Assembly (NCBI GenBank): GCA_963718875.1
Contig: OY970378.1
Coordinates: forward strand, 68,396-132,395
Source of the DNA: Candidatus Parcubacteria bacterium
Lineage (GTDB): Bacteria; Patescibacteriota; Saccharimonadia; UBA4664; JBIOIQ01
Length of the DNA stretch: 64,000 nt
Reading direction: 5' to 3'
The notes beneath the pieces are model-generated. The model was not told the DNA's origin. It made no database searches and worked only from the letters and a program-made list of their open reading frames with translations. The translations under genes were made by a program, and so were the position numbers. Shown here in pieces: positions 22,159-31,391 of this stretch (position 1 is its first letter; every line of letters begins with the position of its first letter).

Positions 22159-22611
22159 CTAGGGTTTTGGCTTAATCACTACTCTGCGCTCACGTCCGTC
22201 CCCTTGGCTTTCCGTTACAACTTCGGGGATATCGGCCAAAGCCATGTGGACAATCCGTCGTTCCGCTGCGTTCATGGGCCGTAATGTCCGTGGCTCCCCC
22301 GTTTGGGCAACATGTTGGGCGTCATTTTTTGCTGACTCAGACAAAGCTTCGGCGCGGGCTTTTTTATAATCACCTACGTCAACACTTATATAAACATGCT
22401 CGGCAGTATGAGCCCGCACTAGAGCATTAACGAGTTGTTGCAAGGCATCGAGCGTTTCCCCGTGACGTCCTATTAAACGACCGGTGTCGTCGCTTTGGAC
22501 AGACAGAGTAATAGTTGACTCGTCAAAGTCGGCTTTAGCGGAGGTGTTAACACCAAAGTAAGTCAACATTTCTTCCAGCCGCAATTTTGCTAAAGCCGCG
22601 ATGTCTTCCAC
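22159..22611 (-). CDS. jag: Jag/KhpB (KH + R3H) RNA-binding protein, short form
   Basis: LIGRHGETLDALQ, PMNAAERRIVH, TESQGDG..RRVVI; synteny with yidC. Confidence 0.9.
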   Translation of the reverse strand: MEDIAALAKLRLEEMLTYFGVNTSAKADFDESTITLSVQSDDTGRLIGRHGETLDALQQLVNALVRAHTAEHVYISVDVGDYKKARAEALSESAKNDAQHVAQTGEPRTLRPMNAAERRIVHMALADIPEVVTESQGDGRERRVVIKPKP

Positions 22612-23354
22612 TATTTTTTGACCTCTTCCATTTCTTCCACGTCGCGGTTAAGCACCAGGTGTTGTTGCAAGATCGCCACCAGGCTAGTAACTGTCCAGTA
22701 CAGCGCTAGGGCTGCAGGCAGCGTTAAGGCAAATACAAAAGTTACCACTGGAAAAATTGTTCCAGAAATAGCCATGGCTTGAGCGCTGGCATCTTTTTTT
22801 TGCTTGGAAGGGTTTTTAGGAGTCAGTTGGCGCGTTTGGACAAACTGCGTTAAACCAGCTAAAACTGCCAGCACCATGCTTGGCTTGGATAGGTTGATTA
22901 TGCCAAGTAAGCTGGTATGAAGATGTTCGGGGTGGGCAATGATGTCCTTAACAACATCAAAGTTTTTAATTGGCTCGTAAGCTAGCTTGGCAATTTCACC
23001 GGCTTTCAAGACGTCTCGTAAAACGATAAATAGAGCAAACAGTAGAGGAAGTTGGATAAACAGCGGAATTAGGGCCGTAAACGGACTAATCTCTTTTTCT
23101 TTATATAACTCCATGAGTAATTTGCTTTCGAGCTGCTTGTCGCCTTTGGCTTTTTCGCGTACCTTGGCAATTTCCGGAGCCAGCTTCTGCATGGCCCGCT
23201 GCGAGTGGAGCTGCTTATTTACCAACGGCCACAACAGTAGGCGCATGGCAATTGTAAGGGCTATAACAGCTATGCCTAAGTCGTGGCCAGGAATTATGGA
23301 ATAGAAAAATAGCAGGAGATTAAAAAGCGGCTGAATAAGAATGGTGTTAAACAT
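22611..23354 (-). CDS. yidC: Membrane protein insertase YidC/Oxa1
   Basis: GIAVIALTIAMRLLLWPL, MQKLAPEI, LYKEKEISP, IQLP, ALALYW. Confidence 0.92.
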   Translation of the reverse strand: MFNTILIQPLFNLLLFFYSIIPGHDLGIAVIALTIAMRLLLWPLVNKQLHSQRAMQKLAPEIAKVREKAKGDKQLESKLLMELYKEKEISPFTALIPLFIQLPLLFALFIVLRDVLKAGEIAKLAYEPIKNFDVVKDIIAHPEHLHTSLLGIINLSKPSMVLAVLAGLTQFVQTRQLTPKNPSKQKKDASAQAMAISGTIFPVVTFVFALTLPAALALYWTVTSLVAILQQHLVLNRDVEEMEEVKK

Positions 23355-23370
23355 GCAGACCTTTCCGTGA

Positions 23371-23715
23371 TTATTGTGTTAAGACGCCCGATTTACGCAA
23401 TGCGGAGTTTAAATCTTGGCCCAGCGCTGTAGGGGCAGTTTTGGACACATCCTCCCGTACAGTTACTACTATATCGTAACCAGGCTGAACTGTCTGCCAG
23501 TTGTCGCCCAGGTAGCCAGACAAGCGCCGTTTTATACGGTTGCGAACCACTGCTCGCTTAGAAATTTTTTTGCTTACCACGATGGCGACTCTGCTGGTGG
23601 GGAGCTTGGATGACAAAGCTTTGACTTGAAGCGAAGAGACACCACCATACCGCCCTTTGCGGTAAACCATAGCGATGTCTTTTTCACGGCGCAGGCGTTT
23701 GTCTCTAGATAACAT
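23371..23715 (-). CDS. rnpA: Ribonuclease P protein component
   Basis: MLSRDKRLRR.., VSKKISKRAVVRNRIKRR; start corrected to 23715. Confidence 0.93.
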   Translation of the reverse strand: MLSRDKRLRREKDIAMVYRKGRYGGVSSLQVKALSSKLPTSRVAIVVSKKISKRAVVRNRIKRRLSGYLGDNWQTVQPGYDIVVTVREDVSKTAPTALGQDLNSALRKSGVLTQ

Positions 23716-23721
23716 AAAAAT

Positions 23722-23879
23722 AATCCCTAATATGCAAATCCCGTAAAGGGACGAGGTCCCCGCGGGACTTTTGGTCCGAAATCCGAAGGAATGAACCAAG
23801 TTCTAATGTTTAAACCATTCGTTACTGGATAATTATTTCGTCCGTCAGCTGACGGATTCGAGCTTAAATATTAGGTATT
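23722..23879. repeat. Intergenic palindromic repeat (related to 41401-41490) with nested short palindromes
   Basis: Shared CGAAATCCGAAGG.AT.AACCAA..TCTAAT.TTT.AA.CATT; extra GTCCCGCGGGAC and TCCGTCAGCTGACGGA palindromes. Confidence 0.7.
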
Positions 23880-24017
23880 TTAGGCAGAAAGGACTTTGCG
23901 TCCTTTAAGACGGCGGCGCTTGAGCACGTTTCGACCCACGCGCGTAGCCATGCGACTCATAAATCCGTGCACTCTTTGGCGGCGGCGTTTTTTTGGTTGG
24001 TAGGTTTGCTTTGACAT
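23880..24017 (-). CDS. rpmH: 50S ribosomal protein L34
   Basis: Hand-translated [45 protein letters not shown] (45 aa). Confidence 0.97.
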   Translation of the reverse strand: MSKQTYQPKKRRRQRVHGFMSRMATRVGRNVLKRRRLKGRKVLSA

Positions 24018-24134
24018 TACCGAGGAATTTTACACTAATCTGGCCTTCCGGTCAATTCTGCCTTGGTTGAGCGAACGATACACGGCGCCACTTGTGTAAT
24101 AAGCAACTAATCACTCCCGCCTGTTTAGCAAGAC

Positions 24135-24395
24135 TTACTCGTACAGTTGCGAGTGCGTTCCGACAGCTACTAAGATGATGGTGTCGGGAGCCGATTGTAA
24201 AAAATGAACTCTCAAATCACCGCCGGCACTGATGGAGAACTGGGGATAATATTTGCCCTTGAGTTGATGAAGCCGCAACTGTGAGTTGGTAGAGTCTTTG
24301 ATAAATAACTCGATACTTGTGTTGACGCGCTGCTGCTTTCGCAAAGGCAGTTTTACCCATTGTTTGATGTAATTGCGATGGAGATCAATCTGCAT
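24135..24395 (-). CDS. RelE/YafQ-like mRNA interferase toxin
   Basis: 86 aa, LRLHQLKGKY...SISAGGDLRVHF...VAVGTHSQLY. Confidence 0.8.
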   Translation of the reverse strand: MQIDLHRNYIKQWVKLPLRKQQRVNTSIELFIKDSTNSQLRLHQLKGKYYPQFSISAGGDLRVHFLQSAPDTIILVAVGTHSQLYE

Positions 24396-24672
24396 GCGGT
24401 AACGACTTGAGGTAGGCCAGAGCCTGTTTGGCGGGCATGGGGCCCGTCAAATTGCGGCCAGCACGAACGTCGCTCTCTACTCCGTCTAGTTGTTTGGCAA
24501 ATGCAGCATTTGGTACTAGTGCTTCAGTGAACTCGACTGTTCGTTCAGCTAAAACCTTGCGGGCCTGGTTGTTCAAAATTGCGCTCATACTGAGGCCGAC
24601 GCTTTCGGCAAAATCCTGCAACTCTTCTTTAATTTTTGGATCCATTTTGATTGATACGACTACGTTTTTCAT
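24385..24672 (-). CDS. RelB/DinJ-like antitoxin
   Basis: N-terminal RHH (VVSIKMDPKIKEELQDFAESVGLSMSAIL); overlaps toxin; TTGACA-17-TACCTT promoter. Confidence 0.78.
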   Translation of the reverse strand: MKNVVVSIKMDPKIKEELQDFAESVGLSMSAILNNQARKVLAERTVEFTEALVPNAAFAKQLDGVESDVRAGRNLTGPMPAKQALAYLKSLPHAD

Positions 24673-24849
24673 ATATACAAGGTATTATTTTGTTAGTACT
24701 TTGTCAATACGTGCCTAGCTCTTGAGTCTCAAAACTCACATCACCGTCATTCCGATGGGAAGTCCCACCCTGGCGGGACGCTCCTGATCCGTTCTCCGTA
24801 GCACTACGAAGGATGAATCGAGGATGTCAAAAAAGATAAGGTTTTTCGA

Positions 24850-24960
24850 AAATCTTCTCCACCGCCGGAGTGGACTTTTCCACCGTTTTCTCAGATAGAC
24901 CACAGTTTTGCACAGCTTTTTTGGTCTAAAAAAGCATTAATTTTAACGTTGTGGAAAAAC
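24850..24960. promoter_or_regulatory. DnaA-box cluster upstream of dnaA (part of oriC or autoregulatory site)
   Basis: Degenerate boxes TTCTCCACC 24855, TTTTCCACC 24876, TTTTGCACA 24906, TGTGGAAAA 24950. Confidence 0.65.
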
Positions 24961-25073
24961 ATCATGGTGGTTATGATTATTACATTAGGTTTTTGAGAAG
25001 TGTGAACGAATATTTTTTAGAAGTTTTATTCTAAAATGCGTTTGTTTGTGAACTCATTGCCCTACTAACAAAG

Positions 25074-26462
25074 GTGGTGAAAGTGGAAAAAAGGGGTTTG
25101 TGGCAGGCTGTGCTTGGCGAATTAGAGCTAACGATTAGCAAAGCTAATTTTGGTACATGGTTTAACCACACAGCAATATTGTCTAATGAAGATGGCCATG
25201 TAGTTATTGGTGTCCCCAATATTTTTACCAAGATTCGACTGCAAGATAAGTACCATGGTGCCATCAAAGACACTTTGGCGCGCATGACACCGGTGAAATC
25301 GATTGAATATAAGCTCACGCCCACCTCAAGCACCACTATTACCTCAAATCCGTTTGTGATTGAAGCCGCGCCAATCTCATCTCCCTCTGAATCTGTACCT
25401 ACGACCAAGGCTGTTACTGCAATGTCCGCTCCATCTACCACTACGCTTAACCCTAAATACACTTTTGACTCCTTTGTGGTAGGTTCAAGTAACGAGCTGG
25501 CCTATGCCGCCTGTATGGCGGTAGCAAAGAGCCCCGGAGCCAAATATAACCCCCTCTATATTTATGGAGGTGTCGGCCTGGGCAAGACGCACTTAATGCA
25601 GGCTGTGGGAAACGAGGTTTTACGGGCCGACCCGACAAAGAAGATTGTTTACATCACAACTGAGGGTTTTACCAATGAGTTTGTTGACAGTATTCGCAAC
25701 AAAAAACCCCAGGGCTTTACCAACAAGTTCCGGGGCGTGGATGTCTTAATCATTGACGACATGCAGTTTTTGGGAACCAAAGAAAAGACTCAGGAAGCTT
25801 TTTTCCATACTTTCAACGCGCTGCACCAAGCTGGCAAACAAGTAATTATTTCCAGCGACAAACCGCCCAAAGCCATTCCCTCACTCGAGGAACGCTTGCG
25901 ATCACGTTTTGAATCGGGCATGATGGCCGACATTCAGCCGCCCGATCTTGAAACCAGAGCAGCCATTTTGCAAAGCAAGGCCAGCGCTCAGGGCGTAATG
26001 TTGCCGCCGGAGGTGATCGAGTACCTGTCGCGCAATATCAAGCAAAATGTGCGCGAACTAGAAGGGGCATTAACTCAGCTGGTAGCGCACTGTGAGTTTT
26101 TGGGAGTGGACCCAAGCATTGCCACTGTTACGGGCATATTAGGCAATATTGCCATGGCTAAGCCGAAGCTAAAAACTTTATCGGCGCGGTTGGTAATTGA
26201 GCGCGCGGCTGGTTATTACGACTTATCGATTGATGACATTACAGGGCCAAAGCGCGATAAGGAGATTGTGCTAGCTAGACAAGTGGCAATGTATTTAATG
26301 CGCCATGAAATGAGCTTGAGTTTCCCCAAGATTGCTAAGGCAGTCGGCGGACGTGATCACACCACTGCCATGCACTCAGTGCAGAAGATTGAAAAATTGG
26401 TGGAAATTGATGAAATGCTGCGAAGTGAAATCAATGCTGTGCGCGAACGGCTATTTGTCTAG
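25074..26462 (+). CDS. dnaA: Chromosomal replication initiator DnaA
   Basis: LNPKYTFDSFVVG, YNPLYIYGGVGLGKTHL, LIIDD, RLRSRF, NVRELEGAL, GGRDHTT. Confidence 0.99.
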   Translation: MVKVEKRGLWQAVLGELELTISKANFGTWFNHTAILSNEDGHVVIGVPNIFTKIRLQDKYHGAIKDTLARMTPVKSIEYKLTPTSSTTITSNPFVIEAAPISSPSESVPTTKAVTAMSAPSTTTLNPKYTFDSFVVGSSNELAYAACMAVAKSPGAKYNPLYIYGGVGLGKTHLMQAVGNEVLRADPTKKIVYITTEGFTNEFVDSIRNKKPQGFTNKFRGVDVLIIDDMQFLGTKEKTQEAFFHTFNALHQAGKQVIISSDKPPKAIPSLEERLRSRFESGMMADIQPPDLETRAAILQSKASAQGVMLPPEVIEYLSRNIKQNVRELEGALTQLVAHCEFLGVDPSIATVTGILGNIAMAKPKLKTLSARLVIERAAGYYDLSIDDITGPKRDKEIVLARQVAMYLMRHEMSLSFPKIAKAVGGRDHTTAMHSVQKIEKLVEIDEMLRSEINAVRERLFV

Positions 26463-26624
26463 GCTTTAGATGTGCCCTCACGAGGAGGCTCCTTCTTTTA
26501 GCGGTCTATTGCACGGGTGCCTCCCGTGCAATATTTCCAAACCAACCATCTTTTTGTGATTACCTTGGAAACTCCTCCATCGCCGCCACGTTAATGAGGA
26601 CGATGGAGGGTAGAACCGCGGCCG

Positions 26625-27056
26625 CTAGTTGCCGCCGAGCTCGATGCACTGGCCGCCGGAAAGTTGTCGAAGACGATCGCGGACGTCGTCGGGGTAAACG
26701 CCGAACTCCTGCGACAGCTCAAACACCCTTCGGCTATAGATCTCCCTCCAGGTTCCGTCGGCTCGGCGATAAGAGGAAACCAAATAGCAATCAAGGCATT
26801 CTCGCTCGGGTGTATTGCGATGAGGTTTGGTCGCATCTTTGCTCGCAGTCGTGCACGAGCGAAGTCTCTCAAAGCGCCAGTCCGGCAACAGATAAAAAGC
26901 GGCAGCCCATAGCTGGTTTGCACTTTCCCATTCGGGAGTTTGGACGAGGCACCTCGCGCAGATTACGCCAGTGGGGCTGGTTTTGATCTGTACGAAGACT
27001 GCAAACTCGCCTTTACATTGCGAGCAACTAAGGCGGCGTTCGGTGAATTGTTGCAC
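26625..27056 (-). CDS. Hypothetical GC-rich protein with three CxxC motifs (putative Zn-binding)
   Basis: CSQC, CARC, CLDC; GTG preceded by AAGGA; GC-rich codon usage. Confidence 0.55.
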   Translation of the reverse strand: MQQFTERRLSCSQCKGEFAVFVQIKTSPTGVICARCLVQTPEWESANQLWAAAFYLLPDWRFERLRSCTTASKDATKPHRNTPERECLDCYLVSSYRRADGTWREIYSRRVFELSQEFGVYPDDVRDRLRQLSGGQCIELGGN

Positions 27057-27207
27057 GTACGGTCCTTTCCGGTAGACGGATGCGTATCGCGATGTGAAGA
27101 GCTAGCCGAACTCATTCGACCCCCAAGTTGGCAAAGTTTGTAAACTTAGGGGTCGGCCCCGCCGCTGCCGGTTAGGGCAAACGGCGGGGCCAAAACAACA
27201 GTTGCAT

Positions 27208-27732
27208 CTAGGGGCGGAAGGCGTTGACGGCAAAGATGGTGCCCGGCTGCCACTCGGTCTCATCGGCCACGGTGAGCAGACCGAGGTGCCGCACCTCGTC
27301 GCTGTCGCTGCCGACGTGTCCCACCCAGACATTGGGGACGCTCCAGACGCCCTTACGTACCTTCTTGGTGAGGCGAAGACCGACCGTCACCCTCATGGCA
27401 CGACCTTCGAGCTGTGCGATGGGATCGCAGGGAAAGTCAGGGTGTTGAGCCAGGGCCGCCAGGACGCGAGGTCCAGAGGGCAAAAGGGTGTCTCGACCTC
27501 TCTCGAACATCAGGCTGGCCTGGATCTCGGCCGTGGTTGCCCAGTCGTCGAGCTCGTAGAGCATGACTGTACCGGAGTACCCATGCCCCTCGAACTCGTC
27601 GCTGTAGGCGGGGTCGGCAAGGAGGGCGGCGTTGATAGTGAGGTAGTCGCTGGCGGATTGTGCCAACGAAACGCCACTAGGGACGTCGACTCGTACCTGA
27701 CGGATGTCTCCGGATTTCCAAAGACGCTTCAT
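27208..27732 (-). CDS. Hypothetical GC-rich protein
   Basis: ORF 27208..27771; likely start MKRLWKS at 27732 after GAAGGGA; followed by GGCCCCGCCG/CGGCGGGGCC hairpin at about 27155-27191. Confidence 0.6.
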   Translation of the reverse strand: MKRLWKSGDIRQVRVDVPSGVSLAQSASDYLTINAALLADPAYSDEFEGHGYSGTVMLYELDDWATTAEIQASLMFERGRDTLLPSGPRVLAALAQHPDFPCDPIAQLEGRAMRVTVGLRLTKKVRKGVWSVPNVWVGHVGSDSDEVRHLGLLTVADETEWQPGTIFAVNAFRP

Positions 27733-27963
27733 GATGGTCCCTTCGGGGTTTGGGGCAGGTGCCCGGTACAACAGCTTTTGAAGAACGTCCTGAGCACAAA
27801 AAACAGTAAATATTGGGTGATGCGATCAGTTGGTTATAGATATTACACTATGAATCATAATTTGTCAAGTATTGAAAGGTTATTTTTTCTTTATATCTGT
27901 TAATTTATAAAATAACTCGGATAAATTGACGTATATATGAATAAATGATAATATTTAATTGTT

Positions 27964-28515
27964 ATGGCTAGACCAGCAACCACAATTCACTTTTTAATGA
28001 CGGGTGGGACGATTGATTCGGAATATAACGGCCGGCAAGACTTAATATTGCCCAACAGCAAGTCGGTGATTCCCGAATTTATTCGCGGGTTGAGGCTCAA
28101 GCAAGGTGCCAAGTTTAATGTGGTGTGTATGAAAGACAGCCGCGAGATAGATAAAATTGATCGGCAAATGTTGCTTAACGCTATTGAGGTTAGCCCGTAC
28201 CGAAAAATTATTGTGACGCATGGACTTTATACTATTACCGAAACTGCGCGCTATCTGGCAAAAAATCTTAAGCGCCGTGACCAAGCCGTTATTTTGGTGG
28301 GGTCGCTCTTGCCTATTCGAGGGTTTGCCCCATCAGACGGACCTTTCAACCTCGGCGTTTGCGTAGCCGAAATACGCCATCTTAAAAAAGGCGTACTTGT
28401 GGCCAATGGTAACCACTTGGTGGACGCCTATGATGAAATGGAGTTGGCGCAAACAGTGTTTTTGAGCTCGCCTTTTTCAGAAAAACCTATTGCTTCAAGC
28501 TCAGCCCAGAGCTAA
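27964..28515 (+). CDS. Asparaginase-like protein (N-terminal domain only)
   Basis: TGGTID, KDS, IVTHG, VILVGS..P, SDGPFNLG; TTGACG-17-TAATAT promoter. Confidence 0.8.
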   Translation: MARPATTIHFLMTGGTIDSEYNGRQDLILPNSKSVIPEFIRGLRLKQGAKFNVVCMKDSREIDKIDRQMLLNAIEVSPYRKIIVTHGLYTITETARYLAKNLKRRDQAVILVGSLLPIRGFAPSDGPFNLGVCVAEIRHLKKGVLVANGNHLVDAYDEMELAQTVFLSSPFSEKPIASSSAQS

Positions 28516-28539
28516 ACCTTAAATTAGGGTTTTTAAAAC

Positions 28540-28870
28540 CTGTGGTAATGCGACAAAACAGATTGCGTCCATGTATACTTTGGTAAGTAACTGGTAGTTT
28601 TGGAATGGTGGAAATAGTTCGGGAAAGGATGTGGGAAAAGATGATATTTCCCCAGTTTTGCATAAGCGCTTTGATAACTCATCCACAAGCACCAACACTT
28701 TACCCCACTCCCGCCCGCGGTTATCATGCTTATGTTCACAGTTTTATTTAAAGTATTATAACTTCACAAAGGCTTTTATAATGGTTATGCCCAGTGTCCC
28801 CAACCACTATAATTATGCTTACTGTCTTAAAGTCATCCTATAATAAACTAATAAGAAAGAGATAAGGGGA
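28540..28870. promoter_or_regulatory. Probable oriC: DnaA-box cluster and AT-rich segment upstream of dnaN
   Basis: TGTGGTAAT 28541, TGTGGGAAA 28630, TCATCCACA 28679, TTACCCCAC 28700, TGTTCACA 28733; AT-rich tracts to 28870. Confidence 0.65.
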
Positions 28871-28873
28871 TAA

Positions 28874-29986
28874 GTGAAAGCTAGCGTTACACAAGAAAAC
28901 TTGAATAAAGCCCTCGGTCTAGTTGGTAGAATAGTTAGTTCACGTAGTAGTTTGCCCGTACTGGGAAACATTCTCCTTAGTACTGACAAAAATCGTTTAA
29001 AGCTAGCGGCTACCAATCTTGAAGTTGGAATAAACTATTGGGTGGGTGGAAAAATTGAGCAAGAAGGGGCAATAACCGTACCTGCGAGGTTGGTGTCTGA
29101 GTTTGTGGCGAGTCTTCCAAGTGGGACAATTGAGCTAGATGCTAATGAATCAGGTGTGACCGTTAAAACCAATCATTATCAATCGCATATTAACGGAATA
29201 TCAGCCGATGAATTTCCGCTTATTCCGCAGATTAAGAACAAGCCAGTGTTAACACTCTCGGCTGAACAGTTTCGAGATGCCTTGCAACAAGTGGTTGTGG
29301 CTGCGTCAGCTGACGAGTCGCGTCCCGTACTTGCCGGCGTTTACATGTTTGTGGAAGACAAAAATTTGTTTTTGGTTGCCACAGATAGCTACAGGTTGGC
29401 TGAACGAACCTTAGCTTTAAAAGAAAACCCAGCTGAAAAACTAGAAGTAATAGTGCCTGCTCGTACCATGCAAGAGCTAGCTAGGATTTTGGCCGAGGCA
29501 GAGTCTGAATTGTCGATATATGTGGCGGATAATCAAATAATGTTTGAAGTCGATAGTGTTGAGCTGACGTCTCGTTTAATTGATGGCCAATTTCCTAACT
29601 ACAGGCAAATTATTCCGGCCAAAACCGAAACGGCAATTGAAATTGATACCGCCGAGTTTAGTCGTATTACTAAAGTGGCGAGTTTGTTTGCGAGGGAGAA
29701 TGCTGGTGGTGTTAAGCTTGAAATAAAACAAGGCGGACAAGTAAGTATTGTGTCGGCGGCTTCGCAATTGGGCGATAATGTTTCTACGGCTGATTGCGTT
29801 ACCATTGGTCCCGACGGTGAAATTTCGCTTAATACGCGCTACTTAGCTGATGCGTTGGCGGTTATAAAAACGCCTCAAGTGGAGTTTGCCACCAGCGGCA
29901 AACTGTCGGCTTGTATGTTACGGCCAATTGATGACAAGGGTAAAACTACCAACTACCTGCATATTATTATGCCGCTGCGAACTTAG
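28874..29986 (+). CDS. dnaN: DNA polymerase III beta clamp
   Basis: LPVLGNILL, ATNLE, SRPVLAGV, VATDSYRLA, SRLIDGQFPNYRQIIP, IMPLR. Confidence 0.98.
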   Translation: MKASVTQENLNKALGLVGRIVSSRSSLPVLGNILLSTDKNRLKLAATNLEVGINYWVGGKIEQEGAITVPARLVSEFVASLPSGTIELDANESGVTVKTNHYQSHINGISADEFPLIPQIKNKPVLTLSAEQFRDALQQVVVAASADESRPVLAGVYMFVEDKNLFLVATDSYRLAERTLALKENPAEKLEVIVPARTMQELARILAEAESELSIYVADNQIMFEVDSVELTSRLIDGQFPNYRQIIPAKTETAIEIDTAEFSRITKVASLFARENAGGVKLEIKQGGQVSIVSAASQLGDNVSTADCVTIGPDGEISLNTRYLADALAVIKTPQVEFATSGKLSACMLRPIDDKGKTTNYLHIIMPLRT

Positions 29987-30029
29987 CTGTAATCCCTAGC
30001 CCCTAAGTTCTAGAGGGTATAATATCCTT

Positions 30030-31106
30030 GTGGCACTAACCTCTCTTAACTTGGTTAACTTTCGCTCTTATCGCGATGAATCTTTTGAATTTGGTAACGG
30101 GGTCACTTTGGTGGTGGGGCCAAACGCTAGTGGAAAAACCAACTTACTCGAAAGCCTATATGTGCTGGCTTCAACCAAGTCGTTTCGGACTCGCGATCCA
30201 GGGTTGGTTTGTCATAATCAAGATTATTTTCGGATTGTCGGACACTTTCAAGATGATGAAGTGACACTATCGTATGGGCTTCAAAACGGACGCTCTACGA
30301 AACACGCCAGTCGCAACGGAGCAAAGCAAAGCTTAGTGTCGCATGTTGGTAGTGTGCAAGTGACATTGTTTGAGCCCACTGACCTCGAGCTTACTAGTGG
30401 TGCGCCTGAGCGACGTCGGCGCTATATAGATTTTATACTTTGCCAAACCAACCGCGCCTATTTAACGACCTTGAGTCAATATCGAAAGGTGTTACGTCAG
30501 CGCAATAGCCTGCTTAGTAGTTTTGATACATCCCGTATAAAAGACGAGATTTTTGCTTGGGACGTCAAGTTGACAGAGCTAGCAAATGAGATTTATAGTC
30601 GTCGGCTGGAATTTTTAAACTATCTAAACCAAGTGGCTCCTGATTTATACTACGACGTGTCGGGCGAACTAGTTAAAATTAAGTTTGAGTATCAGCCTAG
30701 TGTGGGCGCCAGCGATTATGCAGGTAATTTTTTAGAGGAGCTAGCCAGGCGGCTGACAATCGATTTGGCGGCTGGGTTTACAACTATTGGGTCACATCGA
30801 GAAGACTTTAGGGTCACGTTTAAAAGTAATGACATTAACTCAGTGGCTTCAAGAGGAGAAAACCGCAGTGTAGTGCTAGTAATGAAACTAGCTGAGCTAG
30901 CTTACAACGAGGAGCGCAGCGGCATAAAACCAATTCTTTTACTGGACGATGTTTTTAGCGAGCTAGATATCAACCGGCGCAAGTATTTGGTTAAAAAAGT
31001 TAGTGACCACCAAACCATTATCACGACTACAGAGGCCGAGGCTATCAAAGACATTATGGGTGACTACCATCTTATATCTACTGAGGACAGTTATGCTCGG
31101 CAGTAA
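30030..31106 (+). CDS. recF: DNA replication/repair protein RecF
   Basis: NFRSY, GPNASGKTN, P.RRRRYID, ASRGE, PILLLDDVFSELD. Confidence 0.95.
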   Translation: MALTSLNLVNFRSYRDESFEFGNGVTLVVGPNASGKTNLLESLYVLASTKSFRTRDPGLVCHNQDYFRIVGHFQDDEVTLSYGLQNGRSTKHASRNGAKQSLVSHVGSVQVTLFEPTDLELTSGAPERRRRYIDFILCQTNRAYLTTLSQYRKVLRQRNSLLSSFDTSRIKDEIFAWDVKLTELANEIYSRRLEFLNYLNQVAPDLYYDVSGELVKIKFEYQPSVGASDYAGNFLEELARRLTIDLAAGFTTIGSHREDFRVTFKSNDINSVASRGENRSVVLVMKLAELAYNEERSGIKPILLLDDVFSELDINRRKYLVKKVSDHQTIITTTEAEAIKDIMGDYHLISTEDSYARQ

Positions 31107-31347
31107 CGATTATTTACGCCAAAAAGCTAGCGAGCTAGATCTTGCGCGCGGCGACTTCTTAGAAGCGGTCCAGCGGCTTTTGGAGCAATGGTATCCGGGG
31201 ACAGTGCGGGCTGTGAGTTTCAATAAGGGGACTTTGCGCCTGGTAACGCCTAATGCGTCGGTGGCGGGTGAACTAAGGTTACGTCAAGTTGAGCTGTTGG
31301 AGGCCATTAAAGAACCGGTGGAGCGGCTGCAGATAAACATTGGCTAA
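31093..31347 (+). CDS. DciA/DUF721-like small protein
   Basis: Position after recF; RAVSFNKGTLRLVTPNASVAGELRLRQVELL; likely start 31093. Confidence 0.65.
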   Translation: MLGSNDYLRQKASELDLARGDFLEAVQRLLEQWYPGTVRAVSFNKGTLRLVTPNASVAGELRLRQVELLEAIKEPVERLQINIG

Positions 31348-31391
31348 TAGTTTTATAGAGTCTTTAGAATCCGTAACGTCCTAAAGTAGTT

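Noticed and set aside
27202-27903. 233 aa plus-strand ORF
   Set aside because: Antisense shadow of the GC-rich minus-strand gene, which has the RBS and downstream hairpin.
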